NCBI GenBank assembly: GCA_947630955.1
Contig: CANRJK010000003.1
Location: forward strand, 1 to 40,072
Source of the DNA: an uncultured Bacilli bacterium
Lineage (GTDB): Bacteria; Bacillota_I; Bacilli_A; RF39; UBA660
DNA: 40,072 nt
Direction of reading: 5' to 3'
Positions 8,143 through 18,583 of this stretch are shown here, piece after piece (within the stretch, counting starts at the first letter, position 1; every line of letters begins with the position of its first letter). The position numbers and the translations under genes were made by a program. Under the pieces are notes generated by a model that worked only from the letters and a program-made list of their open reading frames with translations, was not told the DNA's origin and did no database searches.

Positions 8143-10386
8143 GTGACCAGTACCTTTTTTCAAATATGCAGTCTTTTTTATGTGGTAATGCTTACTTTAC
8201 AGTATTATTCTCGCAAACGTATTAATAATATTGAAAATAAGATTTATTCTTGTTTAATTATTAATGTTTTAGTTGAACTTATTCTTGATATTTTAAGTAT
8301 TATAACGATTAGAAATGCTGATAAAATACCTTTTTTAAATCAATTTGTGGCTAAAGCTTATTTAGCGAGTTTAATTAGTTGGCTATCTTTTTTTACACTA
8401 TATATATTAACCATTTCTATTAAGCATAGTAAAAAAGATATAGATGATAATATTTTAAGGGAAAAAGCAAGGCTTTATGCAGGTGTTTTAGGCCTTATTT
8501 ATGCTTTTTATATTGTTTTACTTTCTATTTTAGAATTACAATTCGTAAGTAATCAAAATGGAATCTATTCTTGTGGACCAGCGGCGGAGTTTTCTTATGC
8601 TGTAGCTGGGTTATTAATTCTTATTTCTGTTGTTAATGTTTTAAGAAGAATTAAAACGATTCCTCGTAAAAAAACAATACCGGTTTTCATCTTTGTTTTT
8701 GTCGGGTTAATTGCTATTACAATACAAATGAGTAATCCAAATATTTTACTTATATCTGCTGTTGATGCTTTTATTACTTTCCTTATGTATTTTACGATTG
8801 AAAATCCTGATGTTAAAATGATTGAAGCTTTAAATTTAGCTAAAGATCAAGCTGAAAAAGCTAATCGCGCTAAAACAGATTTTTTATCTAGTATGTCACA
8901 CGAAATAAGAACACCACTTAATGCGATTGTAGGATTTAGTCAAGGCTTGTTAGAAGAAGATCTACCAGCTGATACGAAGGAAGAAGTAAAAGATATTATT
9001 GATGCTTCTGATAGTTTGCTGCAAATTGTTAATGGTATTTTGGATATTTCAAAGATTGAAGCTAACAAATTAGAAATAGTTAATACGGAATATAATTTTG
9101 AAAAGATTTTTAAAGAATTAGTAGCGTTATCTAAAGGAAGAATAGGAGATAAACCTTTAGAGTTCCGATATAGCTGTGATAAGACAATACCACCTGTTTT
9201 ATATGGTGATTATGTTAGAATAAAACAAATTGTTTTAAACTTACTTACGAATGCGATTAAATATACTAAACAAGGATATGTTGATTTTACTGTTAACTCT
9301 GTTTGTAAAGATGATGTATGTCGTTTAATTATTTCTGTTACTGATACCGGGATTGGTATTAAAGAAGAAAATATCGATAAGTTATTTAATAAGTTTGAAC
9401 GACTTGATTTAGAAAAAAATATTACAATTGAAGGAACAGGCTTAGGTCTTGCTATTACTAAAAAATTAATTGATTTTATGCATGGTAATATTGTTGTTCA
9501 AAGTAAATATGGTGAGGGTTCAAAATTTACAGTTGCTTTAGACCAGCGAATTATTCCTAAAGAACTTGATGAGTTAAATATACCTGCTATAGAAGATGAT
9601 AATAAACCATTTGTTAGTAATGGTGGAAAGATTTTAGTAGTCGATGATAATAAAATTAATTTAAAGGTTGCGGCTCGATTACTTCGGGCATATAATGTCG
9701 ATGTAACATTAGTAACAAGTGGCCAAGAATGTATTGATGAAATATTAGATGGTCATAAATATGATTTAATTTTATTAGATGATATGATGCCTAAAATGAC
9801 GGGTGTTGAAACGCTTTTAAATTTAAAGAAGATAATTGGCTTTAATACGCCAACGGTTGCGCTTACCGCAAACGCTATTTCTGGAATGAAAGAAAAATAT
9901 TTAGAAAATGGTTTTGATGGCTATTTATCTAAACCAATCGATAAGGTTGAACTGGAAAATATTTTAAGAAAATATTTAACTGATATGGATACGAAAACAG
10001 AGGTTCCTCCTAAAGAAGATAAGTTAGAAGATATATCTTATTTGAAAGATAATGGAATTGATGTTGATGCAAGTATCGAACTATTAGGAGATAAACAAAC
10101 TTTTTTAAGTACTTTAAATGACTTTTTAGAAGAAACTAGTGAACGCCTACCAAAGATGGAACAATATAGAAAAGATAATGATATGGCAAATTATGCTATT
10201 TTAGTTCATGCGATGAAAAGTGATGCTAAATACTTAGGATTAACGAAGTTGGCTGAGCTTTCATACAATCATGAGATGGCAAGTAAAAAAAATGACAAAG
10301 ATTATGTTGATGAACATTATTCACAGTTAATAGATGAACTAAATCATATGATTGCGATAATAAAAAAATATTTAGGAAAGGAATAA
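8143..10386 (+). CDS. Hybrid sensor histidine kinase (multi-TM sensor, HisKA, HATPase, REC, HPt)
   Basis: About 6-7 TM helices; MSHEIRTPLN H-box, NLLTNAIKYT, DTGIGI, GTGLGL; REC motifs VVDD, LLDDMMP, KP; HPt motif VHAMKS; GTG start with GAGGTGA RBS. Confidence 0.92.
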   Translation: MTSTFFQICSLFYVVMLTLQYYSRKRINNIENKIYSCLIINVLVELILDILSIITIRNADKIPFLNQFVAKAYLASLISWLSFFTLYILTISIKHSKKDIDDNILREKARLYAGVLGLIYAFYIVLLSILELQFVSNQNGIYSCGPAAEFSYAVAGLLILISVVNVLRRIKTIPRKKTIPVFIFVFVGLIAITIQMSNPNILLISAVDAFITFLMYFTIENPDVKMIEALNLAKDQAEKANRAKTDFLSSMSHEIRTPLNAIVGFSQGLLEEDLPADTKEEVKDIIDASDSLLQIVNGILDISKIEANKLEIVNTEYNFEKIFKELVALSKGRIGDKPLEFRYSCDKTIPPVLYGDYVRIKQIVLNLLTNAIKYTKQGYVDFTVNSVCKDDVCRLIISVTDTGIGIKEENIDKLFNKFERLDLEKNITIEGTGLGLAITKKLIDFMHGNIVVQSKYGEGSKFTVALDQRIIPKELDELNIPAIEDDNKPFVSNGGKILVVDDNKINLKVAARLLRAYNVDVTLVTSGQECIDEILDGHKYDLILLDDMMPKMTGVETLLNLKKIIGFNTPTVALTANAISGMKEKYLENGFDGYLSKPIDKVELENILRKYLTDMDTKTEVPPKEDKLEDISYLKDNGIDVDASIELLGDKQTFLSTLNDFLEETSERLPKMEQYRKDNDMANYAILVHAMKSDAKYLGLTKLAELSYNHEMASKKNDKDYVDEHYSQLIDELNHMIAIIKKYLGKE

Positions 10387-10390
10387 AAAT

Positions 10391-10894
10391 ATGAAAGAGT
10401 TATTAGAAAAAATTAATGAAATTTTTGATAATAGTATTGAATCAGCTAATGAACAAACGTCTCTTGAACTTAAAATATTAAAAGGAAATATTAATACTTT
10501 ATTTAGTGAGGCTATGAATAGTAATTCAGATAATACTAGTAAGAAAAAAATATTGGTTGTTGATGATTCTAGTATTATTAGAAATTACATAGAAAAGGCT
10601 TGTGCATCTAAGTATGATGTTGTTATGGCAAGTGGTGGTAATGATGCGATTAATTTATTAAGTAAAGATAATTTTGACTTACTTTTATTAGATTTAATGA
10701 TGCCTAGTGTTGATGGTTTTGCAGTACTTGATTATTTAAAAAACAATAATAATATGGTTCCAACTATCATTATTAGTGGTGATACAACAAAAGAAACGAT
10801 TGACCGTGCTTTTAAATATAATGTTGTTGATATGGTCGAAAAACCTTTTTCAGAAAAGAATATTATTGAAAAAATTGACCGCGTTTTAGAATAA
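10391..10894 (+). CDS. Response regulator: REC domain with a ~50-aa N-terminal helical extension and no output domain
   Basis: ILVVDD, LLLDLMMP, IISG and EKPF motifs. Confidence 0.85.
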   Translation: MKELLEKINEIFDNSIESANEQTSLELKILKGNINTLFSEAMNSNSDNTSKKKILVVDDSSIIRNYIEKACASKYDVVMASGGNDAINLLSKDNFDLLLLDLMMPSVDGFAVLDYLKNNNNMVPTIIISGDTTKETIDRAFKYNVVDMVEKPFSEKNIIEKIDRVLE

Positions 10895-10913
10895 GAACTT
10901 TATGTTCTTTTTT
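10893..10913 (+). terminator. Intrinsic terminator
   Basis: AAGAAC-tttat-GTTCTT followed by Ts. Confidence 0.45.
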
Positions 10914-10967
10914 GTTGGTATAAACCTTATAAAAATGCTATAATGATATAGATGAGTGAGGGATACT

Positions 10968-12242
10968 ATGTTTATTGATGAAGTTGTGATTGAATTAATA
11001 GCTGGTAATGGTGGTAATGGTTGTATGGCTTTTCGCCATGAAAAATATATCGAAATGGGTGGTCCTTATGGCGGTAATGGTGGACATGGTGGTAATATCG
11101 TGTTTAAAGCTGATGAAGGGCTCAATACTTTAATTGACTTAAGATATAGTAAACGTTATAAAGCTAAAAATGGTGAACATGGTGAGGGAAAAGGTAAAAA
11201 TGGTGCTAATGCTAAAGACTTAGTTATTAAAGTACCTTTAGGAACAGTTGTAACGGATTTAGAAACTAATTTTGTTTTGGCTGATTTAATTCATAAGGAT
11301 GATGAGGTTGTTGTCGCATATGGTGGTCGTGGAGGTCGTGGTAATATGGCCTTTGTAACACCTAAGAATAAAGCTCCAGAATTTGCTGAAAATGGTGAAC
11401 CTGGTGAGGAAAAGAAGGTTAAAGTTGAACTTAAACTTTTAGCTGATGTTGGTTTAGTTGGACTTCCTAGTGTTGGAAAAAGTACGATTATAAGTAAAAT
11501 ATCAGCTGCTAAACCTAAAATTGCTGAATATCATTTTACAACGTTAAAACCTAATTTAGGTGTTGTAAAAACCAGAGATAATCGTTCTTTTGTTGTTGCA
11601 GATTTACCAGGACTTATTAAAGGCGCATCTAAAGGTGAAGGCTTAGGTGATAAATTTTTAAAACATATTGAAAGAACAAGAGTTATTGCTCATGTTATTG
11701 ACATGGGTTCGGAAGAAGGAAGAAATCCTTACGATGATTATGTTACGATTAATCAAGAATTAGAAAATTTTAATACTAAGTTACTTGATAAACCACAAAT
11801 TGTTATCGCTAATAAAATGGACCTTGAAAACGCTAAAGAAAATTTAGAAAAATTTAGACAAAAAACAGATGTTAAGGTATATGAAGTATCTGCAAAAGAC
11901 AATCAAGGTTTAGATGAAGTTTTAATTGCTTTAGCCGATTTATTAGATAAAATTCCTAAACAGCCACTTTATGAAGAAGAACGTTTTGAAAGTCATATTT
12001 TATATCGCTTTAAAGAAAAGCAACCATTTACAGTTACGATTGATAAAGATGGTGTTTATGTAGTTAAAGGTGAAGAAATAGAAAAAATTTATAAGATGAC
12101 GTGGTTTGTTACGGATGAAGCATTTAGACGTTTTTCTGATAAATTACGAAAATTAGGTATCGATGATAAATTAAAAGAAATGGGTATTAAAGATGGCGAT
12201 ATTGTAAGAATTATGGATTATGAATTTGAGTATCGAAATTAG
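10968..12242 (+). CDS. obgE: GTPase Obg/CgtA
   Basis: Gly-rich Obg fold (GGNGG repeats), GLPSVGKS, YHFTT, DLPG and NKMD; GAGGGA RBS favours ATG 10968; TG-c-TATAAT at 10936-10944. Confidence 0.97.
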   Translation: MFIDEVVIELIAGNGGNGCMAFRHEKYIEMGGPYGGNGGHGGNIVFKADEGLNTLIDLRYSKRYKAKNGEHGEGKGKNGANAKDLVIKVPLGTVVTDLETNFVLADLIHKDDEVVVAYGGRGGRGNMAFVTPKNKAPEFAENGEPGEEKKVKVELKLLADVGLVGLPSVGKSTIISKISAAKPKIAEYHFTTLKPNLGVVKTRDNRSFVVADLPGLIKGASKGEGLGDKFLKHIERTRVIAHVIDMGSEEGRNPYDDYVTINQELENFNTKLLDKPQIVIANKMDLENAKENLEKFRQKTDVKVYEVSAKDNQGLDEVLIALADLLDKIPKQPLYEEERFESHILYRFKEKQPFTVTIDKDGVYVVKGEEIEKIYKMTWFVTDEAFRRFSDKLRKLGIDDKLKEMGIKDGDIVRIMDYEFEYRN

Positions 12243-12263
12243 CTATAGAAATATAGCTTTTTT
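12241..12263 (+). terminator. Intrinsic terminator after obgE
   Basis: AGCTATA-gaaa-TATAGCT followed by Ts. Confidence 0.6.
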
Positions 12264-12347
12264 AATGACTTTTAAAATTTAAAAAATTTAAAAAATTTAT
12301 TAAGCAAATACGAAATAATTGTGTTAAAATAATATTAGGTGACTCTT

Positions 12348-13073
12348 ATGGTATATCGTTCTTTAGACAATAAAAAAATTAAACAAATAAAAAAATTACG
12401 ACAGAAAAAGTATCGTGATGAGACTAATCTATTTTTAGTTGAAGGAGAACATATTATCGAAGAAGCATTAAAAAGTAATTGTTTAAAGAGTGTTATTATT
12501 GAGGAAAATACTACTTCTAAGATTACAAAAGATAATATATATGTTAGTGATAAAGTTATGAAGCATTTATCTGAGTTAGATAATTATTATCCGATGATAG
12601 GCATTTGCTTTAAACCAAAAAAGCAAAAAATAGGTAAAAGAGTTTTAGTCTTAGATAATATTCAAGACCCAGGTAATTTAGGAACGATTATTCGAAGTGC
12701 GGTAGCTTTTAATTTTGATACTATTATTTTAAGTCCAGATACCGTTGATTTATATAATAGTAAGGTTATAAGAGCTAGTCAGGGAATGTTATTTCATCTT
12801 AATATTATAATTAATGATCTTTTTTTTGAGGTAACAAAGTTAAAAGAACAAGACTATAAAATTATTGGGACTAAAGTTGATGTTGGAACTGATATAAGTG
12901 AGTTTAGTAAGTTAGATAAATTAGTTTTAATTATGGGTAATGAAGGTCAAGGAGTAAAAGAAGAAGTTTTATCTTTATGTGATTTTTATGCTCATATTAA
13001 AATGAGCAATAGTTGTGAGAGTTTAAATGTTGCGATTGCGACAAGTATTATGTTATATGAATTAAGTAAGTAG
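12348..13073 (+). CDS. TrmH/SpoU family RNA 2'-O-methyltransferase
   Basis: IQDPGNLGTIIRSA, MGNEGQG and ESLNVA SPOUT motifs; the RBS favours ATG 12348. Confidence 0.9.
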   Translation: MVYRSLDNKKIKQIKKLRQKKYRDETNLFLVEGEHIIEEALKSNCLKSVIIEENTTSKITKDNIYVSDKVMKHLSELDNYYPMIGICFKPKKQKIGKRVLVLDNIQDPGNLGTIIRSAVAFNFDTIILSPDTVDLYNSKVIRASQGMLFHLNIIINDLFFEVTKLKEQDYKIIGTKVDVGTDISEFSKLDKLVLIMGNEGQGVKEEVLSLCDFYAHIKMSNSCESLNVAIATSIMLYELSK

Positions 13074-13083
13074 GTGAGTAGTT

Positions 13084-13575
13084 ATGAATTACATATTTAT
13101 TGGTGATGTTGTTAATACCCATGGCTTGAAAGGAGAAATTAGAATTGTCAGTGATTTTAAATTTAAAAATCAGGCTTTTCAAAAGGGGATAACTTTTTAT
13201 ATAGGTAAAGATAAGAAAAAAGAAATTGTGGATACTTACCGTATTCATAAGAATTATGATATGGTTACTTTTGAAGGAAAGAATCATATTGATGATGTTA
13301 TTATTTATAAAAACGAACCCGTTTATGTTAACCGTAGTGATTTAGTTTATGATGGTTATTTAGATGAAGATTTAATTGGTTTAGACGTTTATTGTAATGA
13401 CAAACATATTGGTAATGTTGCCTCTATTTTAAAGACTAATGCTCATGAAATATTAGTCGTTAAAAATGGCAGTAAGCATATGATACCTAATGTTGATGAG
13501 TTTATTAAAAAGGTTGATTTAGAAAATAATCGTCTTGATATTAACTATATGAAGGGATTATTAAATGAAGATTGA
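13084..13575 (+). CDS. rimM: 16S rRNA processing protein RimM
   Basis: [13 protein letters not shown] motif and PRC-barrel C-terminus; lies directly upstream of trmD. Confidence 0.95.
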   Translation: MNYIFIGDVVNTHGLKGEIRIVSDFKFKNQAFQKGITFYIGKDKKKEIVDTYRIHKNYDMVTFEGKNHIDDVIIYKNEPVYVNRSDLVYDGYLDEDLIGLDVYCNDKHIGNVASILKTNAHEILVVKNGSKHMIPNVDEFIKKVDLENNRLDINYMKGLLNED

Positions 13576-14236
13576 TATATTAACTTTATTTCCACATATG
13601 TTTGATGGCTTTTTAAATGAATCAATTATTAAAAGAGCTATTAGTGGTGGCTATGTTGAAGTTAAAATCCATAATTTCCGAGATTATTCTAAGGATCCCC
13701 ATCAAAAAGTTGATGATTATGGCTTTGGTGGTGGGCCTGGTATGGTTTTAATGCCTCAACCAATTTATGATGCAGTTGATGCTTTAAAAACTAAAGATAG
13801 TAAAGTTATTCTAATGACACCTCAAGGTGTAACTTACTCACAGAAAATGGCTTATAAACTTAAGGACGCATCTCATTTAATTTTTATTTGTGGTCATTAT
13901 GAGGGGTTTGATGAAAGAATTCGTCTTTTAGCTGATATGGAAATAAGCATTGGCGATTTTGTTTTAACCGGTGGCGAAATTCCTAGTATGGCTATTTGTG
14001 ATAGCATTATTCGTCTTTTGGATGGTGTGATTGATAATGATTCTAAAGAAGAAGAATCATTTAATCATAATCTTCTTGATTATCCTGTTTATACACGACC
14101 TGCCAATTTTAGAGGGATGAAGGTTCCCGATGTTTTACTTAGTGGTCATCATGAAAATATAAAAAAGTGGCGTCTTAATGAACAAATTAAAAAAACAGAA
14201 GAAAGAAGACCTGATTTATTAGAAAGAGTTGATTGA
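13565..14236 (+). CDS. trmD: tRNA (guanine-N1)-methyltransferase
   Basis: [34 protein letters not shown] and YPVYTRP. Confidence 0.97.
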   Translation: MKIDILTLFPHMFDGFLNESIIKRAISGGYVEVKIHNFRDYSKDPHQKVDDYGFGGGPGMVLMPQPIYDAVDALKTKDSKVILMTPQGVTYSQKMAYKLKDASHLIFICGHYEGFDERIRLLADMEISIGDFVLTGGEIPSMAICDSIIRLLDGVIDNDSKEEESFNHNLLDYPVYTRPANFRGMKVPDVLLSGHHENIKKWRLNEQIKKTEERRPDLLERVD

Positions 14237-14237
14237 T

Positions 14238-14696
14238 ATGGCTAATAATTATTACTATGTTGTAAGAAAAAGTAACCATTATGATAAAGTTATTATCGAT
14301 TATAGTAAGTTAATGGGCTTTGATGTAACTCCTAAAAATAATATTGATTATGGAGGTATCATAGTAAATAGATTAGTTATTATCAAAAAATGTTTTATTG
14401 AAAAAATATTAAAAAAGAAAATTAAACGAAAATTAGAAGTTTATTTACAATTTATAATTGATTATATCGATAGTGAAGAAGAAAGTGGGGGTACTTTAAA
14501 CGAGGTATTAAGTGATTTAACAAGATATAAAGATATCGTTAACTATCGTTATAGAAAATATTTAGGAAATAGATATATTGATTTATTACTGCGAAAGATT
14601 AATTTATTAGAACATGAATTTAAAGTTAAACTATATGAGTTATCTTTAAAACAAAATACGTTAGGTGAAAATAATCTTGGTAGTAAAAGTAGATAA
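14238..14696 (+). CDS. Hypothetical protein, probably co-transcribed with trmD
   Basis: ORF abuts trmD; AAAGAG precedes ATG 14238; helical and basic; no family recognised. Confidence 0.6.
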   Translation: MANNYYYVVRKSNHYDKVIIDYSKLMGFDVTPKNNIDYGGIIVNRLVIIKKCFIEKILKKKIKRKLEVYLQFIIDYIDSEEESGGTLNEVLSDLTRYKDIVNYRYRKYLGNRYIDLLLRKINLLEHEFKVKLYELSLKQNTLGENNLGSKSR

Positions 14697-14716
14697 TTTT
14701 TAGGGGTGGTGGATAA

Positions 14717-17314
14717 ATGGATTTAAAAAAGGAAAAATTAAAAAAGACATTTAACCATACACTCCTAGTTTATTTACTTGTCATTGGACTAGGGCTTGTT
14801 ATTACTCTAGTTTTTTGTTATTTAACGAAAAATGATGTTATTTATCTATATGATGATAATATTAGTGTTAATTTAAATTCAACTTATAAAATTAATGTTA
14901 TTACTAATTATAAAGATAGTGACCTTTCTTGGTCAGTTGAAAATAATAAGATTGCGACCATTGATAAACATGGTAAGATATCAACCCATAAATTAGGTGA
15001 AACAAATATTATTGTTAAATCAAAATATGGATTGTTTAAAAAAATTATAAAGTTACGAGTATCACAATTTAATGTTTATTCAATTGTTTTTGATGAAGAT
15101 AATATTAAACTTGATATTAATGAAGAAAAAATGTTGCTTCCTATTTTAAATAATGATAGTAATGTAAGAAGTAATTTAAGTTTTAAAAGTAGTGATGATG
15201 AAATTGTTAAAGTAGCAAGTAATGGTAAGATAAAAGGTTTAAAAGAAGGATTTGCGACCATCACGGTAACTGATAAATATACTAATTTAGCTACTTCCAT
15301 TAATATTAATGTTAATGTAGATAGCGCTATAACCGTTTTTAAAGAAGAAGCCATTGATCCTTTAGAATTAGAGCAAGAAATGATTGAAAATATTACTTTA
15401 AATACTAATCATTTAGATATGTATGTTGGAAGTACAAGAAAAATTAGTGCGACGATTTATCCGACTAATATAAAAAAGGAGAAAATTCAATATGAAAGTA
15501 GTGATAATTCTATAGCGACTGTTTCCCAAACTGGTATAGTAAAAGCTCATAAAAAAGGTGTTTGTAATATTTTTGTTACATCAGAAGATCGAAGTGTTAG
15601 TGCTTCAGCAATTGTTAAAGTGGCTGGTAGTGAAATTAAAATTAATAATCTTTCATTTAAAGAGAAAAATTTAACTTTAGATATCGGTGAAAATTATGTT
15701 TTAACACCAATTATTACTCCTAGTAATGCTAGTAATAAAAAATTAACTTATACTAGTAGTAATAAAGAGGTAGCTACTGTTAGTGAAGATGGTCAGATTA
15801 AAGCTCAAAAAGCAGGGACGACGACCATTGTTGTTATTAGTCAAAATGAACGTCAAACAGCTTCGGTTAATGTTAAAGTAACTGATAAAATGATTTCAGA
15901 TAGTAATTTAGATAAATTAGAATTAACTAATTTTAAAAATTCGATGGTCGTTGGACAGACTAATAAGATTAATGTTAAAGCGTTAAACAAAGAAAATAAT
16001 CAAATTAAAGTTAATTTAACGACATCTAGTCGTGATGTTATATCGGTAGATCAAACAGGTAATATTATTGCTAATGCTCCAGGTATTGCTTCTATTCAGG
16101 TTTCAACGATTGATGGAAAATATGTAGAAAAGAAAATAATTACAGTTTTACCAGAGAAAATTGGCGCTGAATTAGTTTATGTTAATAAAAATAGTTTGCA
16201 GTTAGTAAAGGGAGCAGAAGACACTTTAATTGCGACAGTTATTCCTTTTAATGCCGAAGATAAAACATTAATATGGAAAAGTAGTAATCCAAAGATTGTT
16301 AGTGTTTCTGATGGTAAAGTAAAAGGTGTTGGTATTGGAACCGCTCAAATAACAGTACAAGTTGCCAAAACAGGTGTATCACGGACTATTAAAGTCGCGG
16401 TTGTAGATTTAGAAAAGTTAATCGATGTTCGAAGACAAAGTTTAAAACCATATTATCAAAATTTAGTTGTTTATGATGAAGGTACGAAAGTAAAAAGAGC
16501 TATGCAAAATTTTGCAATTGCTAGAATTGGTCAAAAAAATGAAACCGTTTATTTGTCATTTCCAAGTCAATCAACTGTACCGAAAAAGACAAAATTAACT
16601 AAAGATTTAAAAAATAGTTTGACTAGAACGGTTATTGCAAGAATACCTAAAACAGAAATAAAAAGTCCATCTTCATCAAAGCGCACTTACATGTATCTAA
16701 ATAATAGTGGTCACGGCCAAGCTTTAGACTTAGATTATAATACTAATTATCTTTGGAGTAATGGTGGTGGATATACTTTTAAAGATAGTAAGGGAACAAC
16801 TTGGGGTAGTAATCATTATCTTGTAAGAACAAAGATTATTAAAAATAAAAGTACTTCTAAGTATAAAGCTACTAATAAAATAGTCATTAAAAATAATGGA
16901 GTTAGTTATAGTAATTGTGAAGTAGCTTTTGATTGGGATCAAAATTTAGCAGCCGTAAGGTCAGGACGAAATGTTTTCATATATAAAGCAACAGATTTTC
17001 GTAAGGGTAAATTAACTTTATTATATAATTTTGTCTTATCAAATAAATTAATAGATGGAAATAATTATCCTCGCCAAGGACATGATTTAGCAAACGGCTA
17101 TTATTATCAATATCGTGGTTATATTGGTTCTAAACTTTATATCGAAGCATATAATTACGTAGGTCAATTACAATATACTTATATTTTTAATCCTAATTTT
17201 AGTGGCAAAGAAGCTGAGGGCCTTAAAATATACCAAAATAAAATATATATTGGTTTTTCTGCTAATTGCCCTAATTGTGCGGGAAAAGTTAATAATATTT
17301 ATTATTTTAAGTAA
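14717..17314 (+). CDS. Membrane-anchored surface protein with about six Ig-like (Big_2) repeats and a C-terminal beta-propeller resembling TagC/phage receptor-binding domains
   Basis: N-terminal TM helix; repeated (W/Y/F)xSSxxxIA(T/K)VxxxGxIxxxxxG motifs; C-terminal MQNFAI, GHGQ, RQG and EAEG motifs. Confidence 0.75.
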   Translation: MDLKKEKLKKTFNHTLLVYLLVIGLGLVITLVFCYLTKNDVIYLYDDNISVNLNSTYKINVITNYKDSDLSWSVENNKIATIDKHGKISTHKLGETNIIVKSKYGLFKKIIKLRVSQFNVYSIVFDEDNIKLDINEEKMLLPILNNDSNVRSNLSFKSSDDEIVKVASNGKIKGLKEGFATITVTDKYTNLATSININVNVDSAITVFKEEAIDPLELEQEMIENITLNTNHLDMYVGSTRKISATIYPTNIKKEKIQYESSDNSIATVSQTGIVKAHKKGVCNIFVTSEDRSVSASAIVKVAGSEIKINNLSFKEKNLTLDIGENYVLTPIITPSNASNKKLTYTSSNKEVATVSEDGQIKAQKAGTTTIVVISQNERQTASVNVKVTDKMISDSNLDKLELTNFKNSMVVGQTNKINVKALNKENNQIKVNLTTSSRDVISVDQTGNIIANAPGIASIQVSTIDGKYVEKKIITVLPEKIGAELVYVNKNSLQLVKGAEDTLIATVIPFNAEDKTLIWKSSNPKIVSVSDGKVKGVGIGTAQITVQVAKTGVSRTIKVAVVDLEKLIDVRRQSLKPYYQNLVVYDEGTKVKRAMQNFAIARIGQKNETVYLSFPSQSTVPKKTKLTKDLKNSLTRTVIARIPKTEIKSPSSSKRTYMYLNNSGHGQALDLDYNTNYLWSNGGGYTFKDSKGTTWGSNHYLVRTKIIKNKSTSKYKATNKIVIKNNGVSYSNCEVAFDWDQNLAAVRSGRNVFIYKATDFRKGKLTLLYNFVLSNKLIDGNNYPRQGHDLANGYYYQYRGYIGSKLYIEAYNYVGQLQYTYIFNPNFSGKEAEGLKIYQNKIYIGFSANCPNCAGKVNNIYYFK

Positions 17315-17345
17315 AATAAAAAAAGGGCTTTTAATTTTAAAAGAT

Positions 17346-17356
17346 TGTGATATAAT
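17346..17356 (+). promoter_or_regulatory. Extended -10 promoter of rpsB-tsf
   Basis: TGTG-a-TATAAT. Confidence 0.65.
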
Positions 17357-17375
17357 ATTATTGGCTTTTTTAAAA

Positions 17376-17456
17376 AACACACTTATGGATTTAAATGTCT
17401 AGTGCCTGATGGTGATGTTTAAAGTTGATATAAGTGGAAGAATAACGAAAAGGAGG
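17376..17456 (+). ncRNA. Structured rpsB 5' leader (putative S2 autoregulatory element)
   Basis: CACTTAT (17380-17386) pairs with ATAAGTG (17430-17436); inner stem TTTAAATGTC/GATGTTTAAA with two G-U pairs; lies just before the AAGGAGG RBS. Confidence 0.55.
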
Positions 17457-17463
17457 AATGTAA

Positions 17464-18534
17464 ATGACAGTTGTGTCAATGAACTTATTGTTAGAAGCTG
17501 GTGTTCATTTTGGTCATCAAACAAAAAGATGGAACCCAAAAATGAAAGAGTATATTTTTACTTCAAGAGATGATATCTATATAATTGATTTACAAAAGAC
17601 AGCTAAGAAGATTGATGAAGCTTATGCTGCATTATTTGAAATAGCTAAAAACGGTGGTAAGGTTATTTTTGTAGGAACAAGAAAACAAGCTCAAGAAGCA
17701 ACTAAAGAAGAAGCTATGAAAAGTGATTCTTACTATGTTACTGAAAGATGGTTAGGTGGAACCTTAACAAATTTTAAAACAATTAGAAGAAGAGTAAAAA
17801 GATTAGAAGAAATTGAAAAGATGGAAGCTAATGGAACTTTTGATGTTTTACCTAAGAAAGAAGTCGTTGGACTTAAAAAGGAATATGATAAACTTAATAA
17901 GATTTTATGTGGTATCCGTAATATGGAAAAATTACCACAAGCAATGTTTATTGTCGATCCAAGCAAAGAAGAAATTGCTATTAGAGAAGCTCGTAAATTA
18001 AATATTCCTGTCTTTGGTATTGTCGATACAAACTGTGATCCTGATATGGTCGATTATGTTATTCCAGCTAACGATGATGCAATACGTGCTGTTAAGTTAA
18101 TTATTGGTGTTATGAATAATGCAATTATCGAGGCTAATGGAGGACATATTACTGATTATAGTGGTAAGGCAGATGAAAATGGTAATGACATTATGAAAAA
18201 GGCTGTTGAATCAGTAAGAAGAAAAGAAGATAAAAAACCATTTGATAAAAAATCTTTTGATAAGAAAAATTTTAAAAAATCATTTAATAAAGTAGAAAAA
18301 GAAGTAAAAGAAAACCCAACTGAAAAAAAGAATTCAGATACTATTGCTGAAGCAAAAGAAGAAAAGAGTGAGTCTAAGAAGACTAACTCAGAAACTGTTA
18401 ATTCTAAAAAAGCCACTGTTAAAGAAGATTTAACAACTAAAACAGTTTCACAACTTCGTCTTTTAGCGAAAGAACAAGGTGTTAAGGGTTATTCAACAAT
18501 GAAAAAAGCAGACTTAATAGATGCTTTAAAATAA
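17464..18534 (+). CDS. rpsB: 30S ribosomal protein S2 with a long charged linker and C-terminal Rho_N-like helical domain
   Basis: [34 protein letters not shown] and PANDDA; tail [30 protein letters not shown]. Confidence 0.97.
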   Translation: MTVVSMNLLLEAGVHFGHQTKRWNPKMKEYIFTSRDDIYIIDLQKTAKKIDEAYAALFEIAKNGGKVIFVGTRKQAQEATKEEAMKSDSYYVTERWLGGTLTNFKTIRRRVKRLEEIEKMEANGTFDVLPKKEVVGLKKEYDKLNKILCGIRNMEKLPQAMFIVDPSKEEIAIREARKLNIPVFGIVDTNCDPDMVDYVIPANDDAIRAVKLIIGVMNNAIIEANGGHITDYSGKADENGNDIMKKAVESVRRKEDKKPFDKKSFDKKNFKKSFNKVEKEVKENPTEKKNSDTIAEAKEEKSESKKTNSETVNSKKATVKEDLTTKTVSQLRLLAKEQGVKGYSTMKKADLIDALK

Positions 18535-18540
18535 AATACT

Positions 18541-18566
18541 TAAGGATGATTTATCATCCTTATTTT
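18541..18566 (+). terminator. Hairpin between rpsB and tsf (weak terminator or processing/stabiliser element)
   Basis: TAAGGATGA-ttta-TCATCCTTA followed by TTTT. Confidence 0.45.
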
Positions 18567-18583
18567 AATAGAAGGAGGATTAT

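Noticed and set aside
12274-12299. Three tandem AAAA(AA)TTT units upstream of the TrmH-family gene
   Set aside because: Low-complexity AT sequence expected at this base composition
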